64,000 nucleotides of DNA from Selaginella moellendorffii (Eukaryota > Plantae > Lycopodiophyta). Location: NCBI RefSeq assembly GCF_000143415.4, contig NW_003314368.1:470076-534075 (forward strand). The letters are read 5' to 3'. The position numbers and the translations under genes are program-made. The notes under the pieces were generated by a model. It did no database searches, was not told the origin of the DNA, and saw nothing but the letters and a program-made list of their open reading frames with translations. Positions 50,863-64,000 of this stretch are shown here, piece after piece (the stretch's first letter is position 1; each line of letters opens with the position of its first letter).

Positions 50863-50971
50863 GTGCCCGAGCTCAACCTCGAGCACTTTAGGGGCCGGAG
50901 GGGCTGAGGTTATTTGAATAACCTCAGCCCCCTGGGCAACCAAAGTGCCTGAGGTGGAGCCTAGGCCCACT
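50863..50971. repeat. ~110-bp imperfect palindrome with a perfect 15-bp stem, between two divergent transposon genes
   Basis: GGGGCTGAGGTTATT-TG-AATAACCTCAGCCCC (50900-50931); outer pairs GCACTTT/AAAGTGC and GCTCAACCTC/GAGGTGGAGC. Confidence 0.9.
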
Positions 50972-51049
50972 TGATTTTTTTTTTCTTTGACTATTTGAAT
51001 TTCTTATTATCTTTATTTAGTTTGACTAACAAAATTTTTTCTCTTGCAG

Positions 51050-54000
51050 AAAAGGAAAATTATAACACATAAAAAGGTTATTGGAGTCAAGAAAACACGA
51101 GAAGTTCAATTTGGCACTGACGACAACATCATAATCGACATGTCTATTGGCACATCAATAGAGACATATTTACTTTCACCTCCACCACCATCACCTTTGC
51201 CATCACCACCTCCACCATGCCATCGCTACCTCCATCACCACCATCACCACCTCCACCACCGCCATCGCCACTGCCACCATTGCCACAACCACTGCCACTA
51301 TTGCCTCTGCCCCCGCCACCACTGCCACCACCACCACCCCCACCATCACCATTGGCACCTCCACCTTTACTCCTCACTGGCCCACCATTAGCGTAAATCC
51401 CTGAAGTTGGGCAATCTAGTGGTGTTCATGATAGGGAACCTAAGGAACAGCTTGGAGCTGAAAGAGTTGCAGACCTTCCTGACAACGTGGTGGACAAGTG
51501 CTTCCAAGAGACTGTTATGCGGACAAGGTAAAAAGCAGTTCACCAAACACTTGAGGTGCTCAAGTGGCCAGGCCCTTGTGACTTGATCAGAGAAATCCCC
51601 TTTCGCCATTTGCAGCGGACAAACCTTGTCCGCACAACATCCAAGTATGTCAACCCGGATATATATAGCTTGTTCAAACAGAATGGCATTGTAACAAATA
51701 TTGGTATGTTTCTAGTCTCTTTTTGCAAGCTAGGAATAATAGAGATCGTTACCTTCACACCCGAGATTGTGAATAGCTAGGATCCTATTTGGAGGAGGAA
51801 GTCCCTAGAATTTGATGACATGCTTATCAGACATCCTGAGACTCGACAGCTTGCAGGGACAATGTTTCAAATTATTGACGGTAACTACTAATATGGAGCT
51901 TAGATGAAGTGTATCGACGATCATTTTCATGATGATCCCGTCTACCATATCAATGTTCCAGTCAGCCATGTTTACATGAAGGGACCTTTGGATGTCAACA
52001 CACTTATCTTGGCTTGCCAAAAGATTAATGCGTAAGTTTTATAGTCTTACCTCTAACTCCACTTTAACTTGTTTTGTCGTGTTTAAATGTAAGCTTGGGC
52101 AATTTGCTGTTCAAAAGAAAAACCTTGTCTATGACATCGAGCAATTTCAATTTTTGGCAGACTTGAGTGAGGATGACATTCGCCAACATTATGGTGATGA
52201 TCTCACAACACTTGTTCGGCACTCACGCACTCGAAATGACGGTACAACTTGGTTCAACAACCCTATCAATTTTATGTTTGTTGTGTGGTGTAAGGTATGT
52301 TTTTCCCTTTTATTTTATAAGGGCCTCTTTTTATTGTTTTGGTTTTTAGCCTTTAGTGAAGGTCAAGCAAGATGCTTATGAACTTGCATATCTGGAGAAG
52401 AGTCGGGAAGAGCTCTTAGCTGAGTTTGTACAAATTGAGCACAAAATTCAGCATGTAAAGTCTTCAAAGTTGAAGAAACTAGTATGCATTGTAGACAATC
52501 GCAGGCCGAAGGAGTGGCTAGAGACTATAGTCGATAAATGTAAATTTCTTATCACACTTCATTTTTCTCAATTATGCAGATGTTACTTTTGCAATGAAAA
52601 AAACTCCAGATTTACAATATCACAAAATCAAAGTTTCCATATAAATAATAAATAGAGACTCTAGAGTTCCTTAATGTCTGTTTGATGAACAAAGAGAAAG
52701 GATTGCCAGAACTATTTGAGAACATGATGAGAAGGGCTGTCTACATCATGTAAACTATAAGTGAAAGTGAGAAGTTCTTGGCATCGCACATTGGTGACGA
52801 TTCAAATGGCATATTCATGTCTTTCGACACTTACATCAACACGTCATTGGAAGGGATCGAAGAGGGGTGGCTGCCAAAGAAATCTACAAGCACAACAACT
52901 TATAATTGCCAACATGGTCAACTTTATTTCATACGACATGCAGTTTACAAATATAATATGATTTCTAAGACTTTTTTTAAATATATATTATTTACATGTA
53001 TCTTCAATATAGAGGCATGCTATTTGAGGCACCAGTTTACACTCAACTTGTTGCAAAGGGTGTTAAGGATGAAGGAATGTACTCAACAATGTTTGCGAGA
53101 GTTCCAAAAGCACAGAAGATAGAATGCCCTTGGGAGTTGGGGAAGGAGACCTCTACACTAGATCGCGAGGAAGCTGTCAATGCTAGCAACAATGGCAATG
53201 CAAGTGATAATGGAGACAAGGATGAGGAAGCTTCAGATTAAGTTCGTGTTCCACCACTAGACAACCAAAATTAGGCTCCAGCTCAACCATCAAACAACCA
53301 AGATTTGGATCAGGTTCTACTATTAAATAATGATGATCAAGTGGTTCACAAAGTATCATATTGATCTTGAGGTAAGCAAAAGTGAATTTTACAAACTAAA
53401 GGTGGTAATATATGTTTTTTGCAGCAACGACTGTTAGTAACAATTTCATTCCAGCTCGATGAGATGCTTGTGAAGAGGAGTTGGAGGAACTCTCATCGAC
53501 AACACGCCATATGACGCTAGCATATTATTTATTGCTTTTTTCATCCACTTAGCTCTTTTATAAGTCCATCTTATGTCCCTAATAACACAATGAGGCATTG
53601 TGGGTATCTTCATTGGCTTTTACAGTAGATTGTTGACATCTTTCACGGAAGACGACATCAACATGGATAAATGGCGTCAATTCAACTGTTGGTGCTGAAA
53701 GATACAAAGGCTCTTATTCCTAGTTGCGGACTTCATTCTCTTTGACTTTCCAAATAGTCTTTCAAATATCGATGGGAAAGTTGAGGATTGGAACTTTCTC
53801 ATACCTAACCACATGCGTGATGCATTCCTATTGTCCCGAAGCATTTATGCTTGAAGCTAGCCATATCGTCTTCATCTTACCAAATGACCCCAACTGGATG
53901 TATGAGCTTATGACGTGTGCAGCAGAAGTTCATTTCAAGTCATTCTCTTTCGGGTGCATTATGGATTCTATTGGCGTCGACACGAGGGGCGTCCAAGGGA

Positions 54001-54390
54001 AGCCTGAAAAGGTGAGTATGTATTTTATATTTTTATCTAATTTCTAAACATTTTTATTTTCCAGGTTATGATGTGGAGCTATCATACCTTCTGCAAAAAC
54101 ACAAATGATAGCAAACGTGTAGCATATGTTTTGCCTGGGTATGATAGTTCCACTAACATATATAGAGAGCTTTAGTTCAACTTCACTAGACCCCTCAGCA
54201 GAAAAAAGATTTTTATGTGGAGGTGAAGGTGGAATGTTAGTAAAACTTAAAGATGGAGGTGGGGATTGATATGAAATGCTGGGGGGACAAATACGAGTAG
54301 CAATGACTTTCTTCGAGCCATTTCAATACAAACTTCCAAAGAGCTCAAGGAGAGTAAAAAACTACGATGACTATAACTTTTCTAAATAGT
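51050..54390 (+). pseudogene. Decayed multi-exon gene: Pro-rich tract, ParB/Srx-like domain, acidic linker, putative amino-methyltransferase-like C-terminus
   Basis: MFQIIDGNY*YGA* (51862-51903) restores to DGNHRYGAW by C>T/G>A reversion; ADFILFDFPN..WN (53726-53795); YREL*FNFTRP..FLCGGEG (~54160-54232); GT-AG introns at 52032, 54022 and elsewhere. Confidence 0.55.
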
Positions 54391-55473
54391 TTATATACTA
54401 AGTTTTAATCTCAGGAATGAGGTTTATTTATTATGACACTGACAATACTCAAATTCTTTAAATGTCAGTCTTGGAAATGGGGCTTCATAATCATAGCTTG
54501 CTTATAAATATAAGAGCTTTTAGAATTTTAGATTACCATGTATACACATGCTTTATCTTTATGATGAAATCCTACTTTGCTACACATATATTCTTTTCTA
54601 CACATGCCAAATGTCTAGGGAAATAGACTGCAAGGAAATATAAACTACATTATAGTGGTAGAGCATGTTGGCACGCTACCATTCTCTCATGTGAGATTGC
54701 CTTTCAGTCTTGGAAATGTAGATAAAGTTGATTCTTTGATATGATATTACTTTTGAATCTTTCAAAAGATTTTAATTTCTTTTATTATTATTTACAAAAA
54801 ACTCCTAAAAACTTTTAATAAGGATTCACTGCAAAAATATACTTTGGTCTTATCATATAAGAGGATTGTGATATAGGCAGGTAACAGAGTTTTTAATGTG
54901 GATTAATATGTAAATTACAAATGTCATGGAAAGTTTTATGGAGTAGATTTCTTGGTGCTTTTCACCGTGTTGTTCATTTCTTCATTTCTCTTGCTTTAGA
55001 CTATTGTTTCAGAAGTAACAGGAGCATTTTTATCAATCGTGATAGTGGTCTTCACATTCTCAGATGGGTAATAAGGACTAGGAGTGTAATATGGAAATTG
55101 TGGTAATGAAACAAAATTAACATTTTCACATTCCTTTGCATTACAACTCTTACTCATAGATCTTGTATTTGCCTTGCTTCCCATCTTCTTAAGAACTCTA
55201 AAATATCTTTTGAATGAAGGAATAATATCTATAGCTGTAAAAGTATTCAAAATATTAAGTAGTCAAATCAAAATATGATAGCTGTAACAATAGTCATAAT
55301 AAAATAATATAGCTTTATAAAAGATAGGTTCTTATGAACTTTGTCTTTTTTTAAACAATTCAATCTTATAGAAACTTTTAACTCAGATATTTACGTATTT
55401 AAATATTTTAAAGTTTGCTAGAACCTTCATTTGTTCAATTTAAATTTCTTTTGTAATACTTCTTGTTGACTGT

Positions 55474-55529
55474 GTTGAGTTGAGTTGACTTATGTTGAAT
55501 TGAGCTCAACTCGTGAGCTCAACTCAACT
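55474..55529. repeat. Short GTTGA-repeat palindrome
   Basis: GTTGAGTTGAG...CTCAACTCAAC. Confidence 0.7.
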
Positions 55530-55559
55530 TTGGACCATCCCCATTCTCTTAGCTATTGT

Positions 55560-56600
55560 ACTATTAGTCTAGTTTGCCAGACTATGTTTGTAGCCATAAA
55601 ATTATTTAAAGCACATGTGTCAATAAGGATCTTAACAAAGCTACCTCCGAGCTTCTTTTGGATGGCTAGTAGATGTCATGAATGACTCTCTACCAAAGTC
55701 ACTCATGTAATGAATAACTTTGAGCTAGGGACTGAATCATAAAACTCAATTTAAACTTCATATGATTTAATAGTTATATTGACTCTGGCCTTCTTTGGGT
55801 AAGGATATTCTTTTGAGAAGTCTCCCGCACCCTTTGTAGCATATGTTGTTTCTTACATTGTTAGTAAACTTGGTTTTCTTATTAGTAGGTTTATCCTTTT
55901 TTACTTGACTCCTTTATGTACTTGCTCTTTAGGCCCCGGATCTTCCTTTTTGAAATCCTAAGGATTTATTTTTAGAGAAAATCTTCCTAAATTTTCATTT
56001 GCCATATGTTCCCCTTGGTTTGGCTCATTTGCAAAACATGAACCCTAACTCTATTGTGTTCCCTTTTTGTAGGTTATCATTGAAATGCATCTTCATTAAT
56101 GTTTATTTGTAGTTGATTAGGTTTTAATGCATCATATCGCCTTAAACCCAGGTTAATAAGCTTGATATGAAGGCATGAAACACATCCATATCACCCATAT
56201 CTGTGATAAAGATCCTTTTAGCCATAAATACATTCATATATTGTTGAATGGTTTTTGTTTGCTTCAGCTTACTCAACTCATTCCTTAAGTGTAGAGTAAT
56301 ATTCAAGGGAATATAAATGGTATGGATCCTCACCTTCATCACTTCCTAAGTGGCTATCAGTCCTTTATTGGCCTCTGTTGCTCTCCACCAAGACTTAGCA
56401 TTATTTGCTAAATATGATTTTACATATAGGACCTTTTCTAAACTTGGTAATTATAACACTTGAAAATAATCCCCTATATCATAAAATTAATCTTCTACCA
56501 CTTTATAGTCATTCACTTCTTTGAAGACCGATAAGGGCTTTTGGTTTGTACTTGAGAACTGTTTAAAGGACTGACTCTACTAGATGCAAGGATGAATTCT
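55560..56600 (-). mobile_element. Ty3/gypsy gag-protease remnant
   Basis: LRNELSKLKQTKTIQQY..F..ITDM.D.D..HAF gag motif; protease ILIDTCALNNF at ~55600-55630. Confidence 0.75.
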
Positions 56601-57586
56601 GTCATTAACTAAGTCTATTTGTTTAACTACAATTATATAACATTGAGCAACTACATTAACTACTACTCCAAAGTTAAAGGAGGAGGAAGTTAATACTTTG
56701 CCATGAAGATACAGAAAAAGAAAAAAAACAAAAGAGAATGAAAAAGTTATAAAGAGAGTAAGATCTAAACAATACAAAAACTAAATCTAAACCAAAATCC
56801 TAAATTCAAACACTCCTTAAAGACAATCAAAATTGCCCCCCTCCTCCACTAATGTGAGTGCATGAAATATAAAAAGGGAATATAGAAATATGAAGGGGCT
56901 ATATGATGAAAAACTAACAAAAGTGGTCAATAGGGGATATAATTAGCCAATTGGGGTAGTGCTGTAGAAGAATAAGAATTCTTCAAAATGTTGAAATAGT
57001 AGTTATGGGAGATGACATGCTGTTTATGAATGCAATGTTTATGAATGCAATAATGAAAGTGTTGTAGAGGATCTTGCTCAGTCAACTTCTTCTTCTTCTC
57101 CTTTTTGGTCCGTCCCAGAAGAGGATACATTCTGGGACCATGACTTTTCAGGCAGAACTAGACGAAGAAACCAACACTGGAAATTGCTAAAGTACCCTGC
57201 TCCATGTCTTGTGGCAAGAGCACTGAAAAGTAAGCGTCTCCTGACTCAACTTCCAAAGGATACCAAGAGTTTCTTTTGTTGCAAAATGAGCATAGCTAGA
57301 ATGCAGCGTTGTTCCTTTCTGCCTCTCACACTCTGGACACTCAAAATTGCTCAGAAATTTTGGTTCTTGGCCAATTCCATGAGAAGCAGTGATTAGATCT
57401 CCACGATTTTCTATTTCCTATTTTTTATTCTCTGAAGCTGTAAGAAAATTATGTTGTTTGTAAAGCTGACTAAACCGTTGACCATGTCACTAGCAGAAAA
57501 TCGATGTCTAATACCCTGCTGGTCTCGTTCCACAGACCCCGGGTTCGTTGGAGAATGTTATATACACAAGTCAAATACATACGCTC

Positions 57587-59426
<1,840 letters not shown>

Positions 59427-60050
59427 TTCTTGTGAAGAACAAGCGATGGTGGAGTTCCTATCGTTTGCTAGCAAAACGCCCACGCTTGAATACAAAGCTT
59501 TCCTCCCACCATAAAAGCCCCGGCCGGGCAACAAACACGCGCGCGCCAGGGATCGAACCCCCGACCACCTCTTTCTCTTTCGGATCGATTGAATGCTACA
59601 CAACGAGCCAAAACGAATCACAATGAATGGATTTAAATGAAGACAGTCAAAAGTATATTAACCCAGCCTAGCGTGAGACAAGTATATTCTCCTCCTCTCT
59701 GGGGCCATCTCTCCAAGTTTTTTTAAAGCCTTTGCTAAAGTTTATAGCATTTGCCCAGCACTGCAATTCTTCCAACATAAACTTCTCAAGATCACATGGT
59801 CTCACCGGAAGATCTAGCACAAAGATTTGTCTCGTCAGTGTGATTCTCAGCAAGAAAAGCTTACCTCTCGCAATCGTTTGGTTGGCCGCAATCATAGAAC
59901 GAACAAGCGCTGTTGATATGTTATGAGGCCTTCCACCGGCCGTACAAGACCCACCGCCCTGATAGATCGTCCACTTTGTATACTTTTTCTTTTCTTTTTT
60001 GCCGATTAAACTGTAAAGTGTACACACAACCCAATTTATTTCTCGAGGGA

Positions 60051-61615
60051 CTAACCGAGACCGCTTGTTCCAGCACCGTAAGTCATGGGACGCTCCACTG
60101 CACGAATTCCTGCTCGCTTGTCCCATTGCTCGGGGGAGAGCGTCTCTCCCATGGCCTCTTGTCCTCTCCAGAGTATCTATGAAGAGTGTCAAGCTTTAGT
60201 TGTCTGTGAGAATTTGTCTACCTTGTCCACGACGCCAAAATCCATGGCCTTCTTAGGACTCATGTAGTAAGGTCTTCGCATCACCTTTGCAACCTTCTCT
60301 ACGGGCTGTAGCAAACTTAAGTCACAACAAAAACGAAGAGAAAAAACCAAAGCTTACGTTTCCAGTGTGTTCAGCCAGTAGCTCCACAAGTGTATCCCTG
60401 TTATGAATCACCTAAAGGAAGGAAAAAGACGTAGAGGTTAACTCTTCTTCCTAAGATAAGATGGACGAACAAACCTCCTTGGCTCTTAAGTGCAAGTCAA
60501 TCGCAGGCATTTGTCCCATTGAGGGCATACGAGGCTGCTGGATCATGGCTGAAGAACACGATTGTCAAAATTAAAGATCGATCGTAATGGGAAAACACCT
60601 GTGGCATGAGGAAGCATGTAACGCTTTCCCTTTGTTCCCGCTGCAAGAAGCAAGCACGCTTGACCAATTGCGGCACCGACGCCAACTGTATGAATCTACA
60701 AAGAAAATGCAAGACACCTCTCATTAAGGAAGGAAGAAAAAAAGGCTTTTGAATTAAATTACCTCGTTTTTCACTAGCTGCATGGTGTCATGAATGGCAA
60801 AGCCCTCGGTTTCCATCCCAACCTGAAGAACACGATAAGGAAACGCTTGTTTCTCACCATTTAAAGCACAACGTACCGTCTCACCATCCGCCCTGGAAGT
60901 TCCTGTTGAGTTTATGTACATGTAAATTGGAAGTGTCGGATCTGAATATTGCAAGTATAGAAGCTCTGCTATTACAAGTTCCGTCACCGCTGGTACAAGC
61001 TAGCAAAGAAATCACAAACATTAAGAACAATACTTCGCGAACAAAAATTGAAGGCACATACTGGCATGCCAACGTAGACGATTCGACTGTTTAGTAGCAG
61101 CGAAGGCAAATCCGGAGGAGGCTTGCGAGGCCTGTGTTCATTGTATGATGTTTCGACCTGATGAGAAAAAAAAGAGAGATGAAAAAAAAAAGATTAGAAG
61201 AAAGTTTGGAGCGAGCAAAGTAGAAACTTACGTGAGCTGGAGCGGCCATCAAAACTGGATCACTGAAGTTCCGGACACTGCCTGGAGTAACCATGTTGCT
61301 CACAATGTCTAGCAAGGGCGGGGAAGCTTCATCTCTTTTCTCGTCCCTGGATTCCTGGAGCTGCGCTTCGCCAAGTGGAGTTCTAGCAGCTGCTGCTAAG
61401 GTCTCTACAAATGGATCGCCGGGTTGCGAGGCTCCAAATGCCATTGCCAAAACCACAGGCCTCTTCTTGCATGAAATCCTAAAATGCGGCATCCTAGAGT
61501 GGAAGCACAACGCCCTGCATGGAAAATTCGTCCTCTTCTATCCAGCGATTGATCGATCTTACCTCGGTGTCTTGTGGAGCTGTGGCGCCACGAAGCACTC
61601 CACCGCCAAGGCCAT
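60051..61615 (-). CDS. CLPR3: Plastid Clp protease non-catalytic subunit ClpR3, multi-exon
   Basis: PPPDLPSLLLNSRIVYVGMP, VTELVIAELLYLQ, YINSTGTSRADGET|VGMETEGFAI, MRRPYYM, ILWRGQE; transit-peptide-like N-terminus. Confidence 0.9.
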
Positions 61616-61721
61616 AGCTTAGCCCTGGAAATATAAACCCTAAAAAACAGAGGAGGAGTGATGGGAATCGAGCTTGGGCCGATTATTTAATCAAAGAGCT
61701 GCCAGGTGGTGTGTTTTCTTC
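61616..61721. promoter_or_regulatory. Compact bidirectional promoter with telo-box and site II motif
   Basis: 106 bp between the two ATGs; TATAAACCCTAA at ~61633-61644; TGGGCC at 61675-61680. Confidence 0.7.
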
Positions 61722-64000
61722 ATGGCGGAGCAGCAAGAGATCGAGAGCAGCGATGGCGGCGGCGGTGGATCATCCAAGGACAAGGCAGCGGCGGCACCGC
61801 TTCCTCCCGCGGATGGATCGCGGCCGCCGCGCCACGCCACATCCAAGTACGATTTCGTCAAGGTACCGGGAAATATTTCACGCTTGCGCACGATCTAGGT
61901 CTCAAGAATCCCTCTCGTGATCGGCATTGCGGCAGCTCGCGCGCTTTGCTGCGAATTCTTGCCTGCTTGTTGACTTGCCTCGGATTTTCTTGCCAGAATC
62001 ACTTGCATTGGAGGTCTCTGGGCGTTTCTCTTTGAGATTTGGAGTGATTTAGTGTTCTAGAGCGCTGCATGTATTGGCTTGGAGTTTCTTTCAAGCATCT
62101 CGCCTTTGGATTTTCTTTTTCTCACGCTTACCAGGTGCGAGTTTGGCTGGGTGAGAACTCGGATCACTACTACGTTTTCTCGCGATTTCTACTCAGCCGC
62201 ATGCTTACTGTGACGAAGGTAAGCCATAGATTTCTCTTTTTCTAACTATCGTGGCAAACCGTGTTGAACAGATTCCACATCATGTTGCCATTAAAATTGC
62301 CCTCGAGCTGAAAAAACTGCTGGTTGATAATAGCTTGCTGGATGTGTACGCGACTCTTCTCTCTTTTGGATGTGGAATCGCACTTAACGTTTTTCTTTTG
62401 ACTTGGCAGCTCACAGACTGATCTAGAGGCAAATGTTTTCAAGGTAAGTGACACGCTTGCGTTTTTCCTGTTTCCCGATTCTTCTTTTGCTGTTAAATGA
62501 TACTTATTTTATTGCGGTTTTGTTGTTTAATCTACATGGTGCTGTGAACAATGCAATAGTTGATGGAGAGACGGGGATATGGGACAGATTACATTAATCG
62601 TTACAAGATGATGACAAGGTGATAGTTTTTACTTGCATTGGGTCCTAGTAACTAACGTCTTTGTGCTTCAGGTTTCATCATCAAAGGATTCCTCTTATTA
62701 TTCTCGTTTGCGGGACTGCATGTGTAGGAAAATCGACAATTGCAACTCAGCTAGCCCAACGGTTGAATCTTCCGAATGTGCTTCAGGCAAGCTATTTGTC
62801 CTTAAGAGTTTTAGTTGTTCGTCTTCACTTGGCTTCGCAGACTGACATGGTTTATGAGCTACTTCGGAGCTCAACAGAGTAATTTCAGAATACTTGTCTG
62901 CATGAAAATAATTTTCTTGTTCTCTATTTTTGCAAGGGCGCCGCTGACCTCAACGCCGATATGGGAGAGGCAGTTTGAAACAAAAGAAGAACTTATCACG
63001 GAATTTTGCCGGGAGTGCCGAATTGTTCGTAAAGGTGGAAATGTTTTTCTGCTCATGTTTTCTGTCTTCCTAAAATGCTCCTTCAGGTCTAGACGGGGAC
63101 TTGACTAAAGCAATGAAGGATGGAAAACCTGTCATTATTGAGGTAAGCAGTGACTGCTGCTCGGTACTTGTTGATCGCAATTCTGCTATCTCAGGGCATT
63201 CACTTAGATCCAAGTATATATCTCATGGAGGAGAATGGGAGAGCAAGTCCAGTAAACAAAGCTGAGGACGGAGATTCTGAGAAGTCACCTGCTCAGTGTG
63301 GTGAGAACTTGTAGACCTCAAGTTGATTTACACGCGCTTACCTGTCTTATGTGCTGTAGACGGAAAACAGCAACTCAATGAGCATGAAAACGGAAGCGCT
63401 GCCAAGCCCAAGGCGATTATTGTGCCAATAGTTCTTAGCATGGCAGATATTGATCATCAGGTACGGGTTTTCCTTTTGTGACGCTGCAAAATCTGAGGCC
63501 GGCTTTGATTATCAGATGTTACTGGAAGAATGGATCGCGTCTCGTTCCGAGAGTTCCATCACCGAGGTTGGCTGTTCATGTTAATATTGGGAATAGAAAG
63601 TTGTGACAATTGCGCTTTCAGGAGGAAGAAGCAGCGCTTATTGTTAAACTGCGAACCATACAAGATTATCTTACTTCATTCGAGTCCCAGGTAAAGTTTA
63701 TCAATCGTCATTCTAGGTTTGACCAACCTTGATCCCTCTTTTCAGGGCGTGGGAGTTGTTCCAATCTCAGCGACAACATTTCCTCAAACTCTCGACTGGC
63801 TTCACGGCTATCTGTTGCAGGTTTTTGCTGCGCATGTTTCTTAAAACATAACTTATATCGTTGTGTTTGTGTTTTAGCGCATCGAACGGGACTGTCAGGA
63901 GGCATAGGCTTCGAAGCGTCCAAAGTAAAGCATTTGCCCAGAATGGGCATTTTTTTGTAGCCACTGTGGAGGATGGCTCGTGCAATTGCCCGAGGATTCT
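61722..64000 (+). CDS. P-loop NTPase, 2-phosphoglycerate kinase/LPA1-related (At5g61450-like); multi-exon, runs off the window
   Basis: SKYDFVK|VRVWLGEN.DHYYV.SRFLLSRMLTVTK; Walker A GTACVGKST; TDMVYELLR; DGKPVIIEG; GC donor at 62787. Confidence 0.9.

Noticed and set aside
51044-51391. His/Cys-rich 'metal-binding' ORF
   Set aside because: A frameshifted reading of a CCA-rich poly-proline tract in the decayed gene.

Overview
Eukaryotic land-plant genomic DNA, not prokaryotic. The ~50-bp introns, GC-rich compact genes and PLS-class PPR pseudogenes suggest a Selaginella-like lycophyte; this is an inference. Intact genes flank the window. Left: the 3' part of a UTP6-like gene and two germin-like genes. 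Right: a class III peroxidase, ClpR3 and a 2-PGK/LPA1-like P-loop kinase, the last two sharing a 106-bp bidirectional promoter. Between them is a ~53-kb rearranged accessory region. (i) Five diverged double-AP2-domain gene copies are arranged as a mirror around ~26.54 kb, including a ~1.7-kb near-perfect inverted repeat. (ii) One AP2 copy is split by an 18-kb nest: a chromodomain Ty3/gypsy element whose RNase H is interrupted by 13.6 kb of captured genes (an intact CYP71-clan P450 lacking the I-helix Thr, plus PPR, pseudouridine kinase, TFIIA and other fragments). Its 3' LTR holds a 696-bp TG..CA foldback element with a 5-bp TSD. (iii) A scrambled CSI1 pseudogene and a TRIM-like element. (iv) A MULE-type DDE/SWIM transposase gene split by a complete non-autonomous LTR element. 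It sits head-to-head, across a palindrome, with a decayed multi-exon gene showing a ParB/Srx-like DGNHR motif and a degenerate amino-DNA-methyltransferase-like C-terminus; this pair is the most intriguing candidate system. Micro-inversions and microhomology-bounded deletions recur throughout. All family assignments come from motif recognition by eye, not from database searches.
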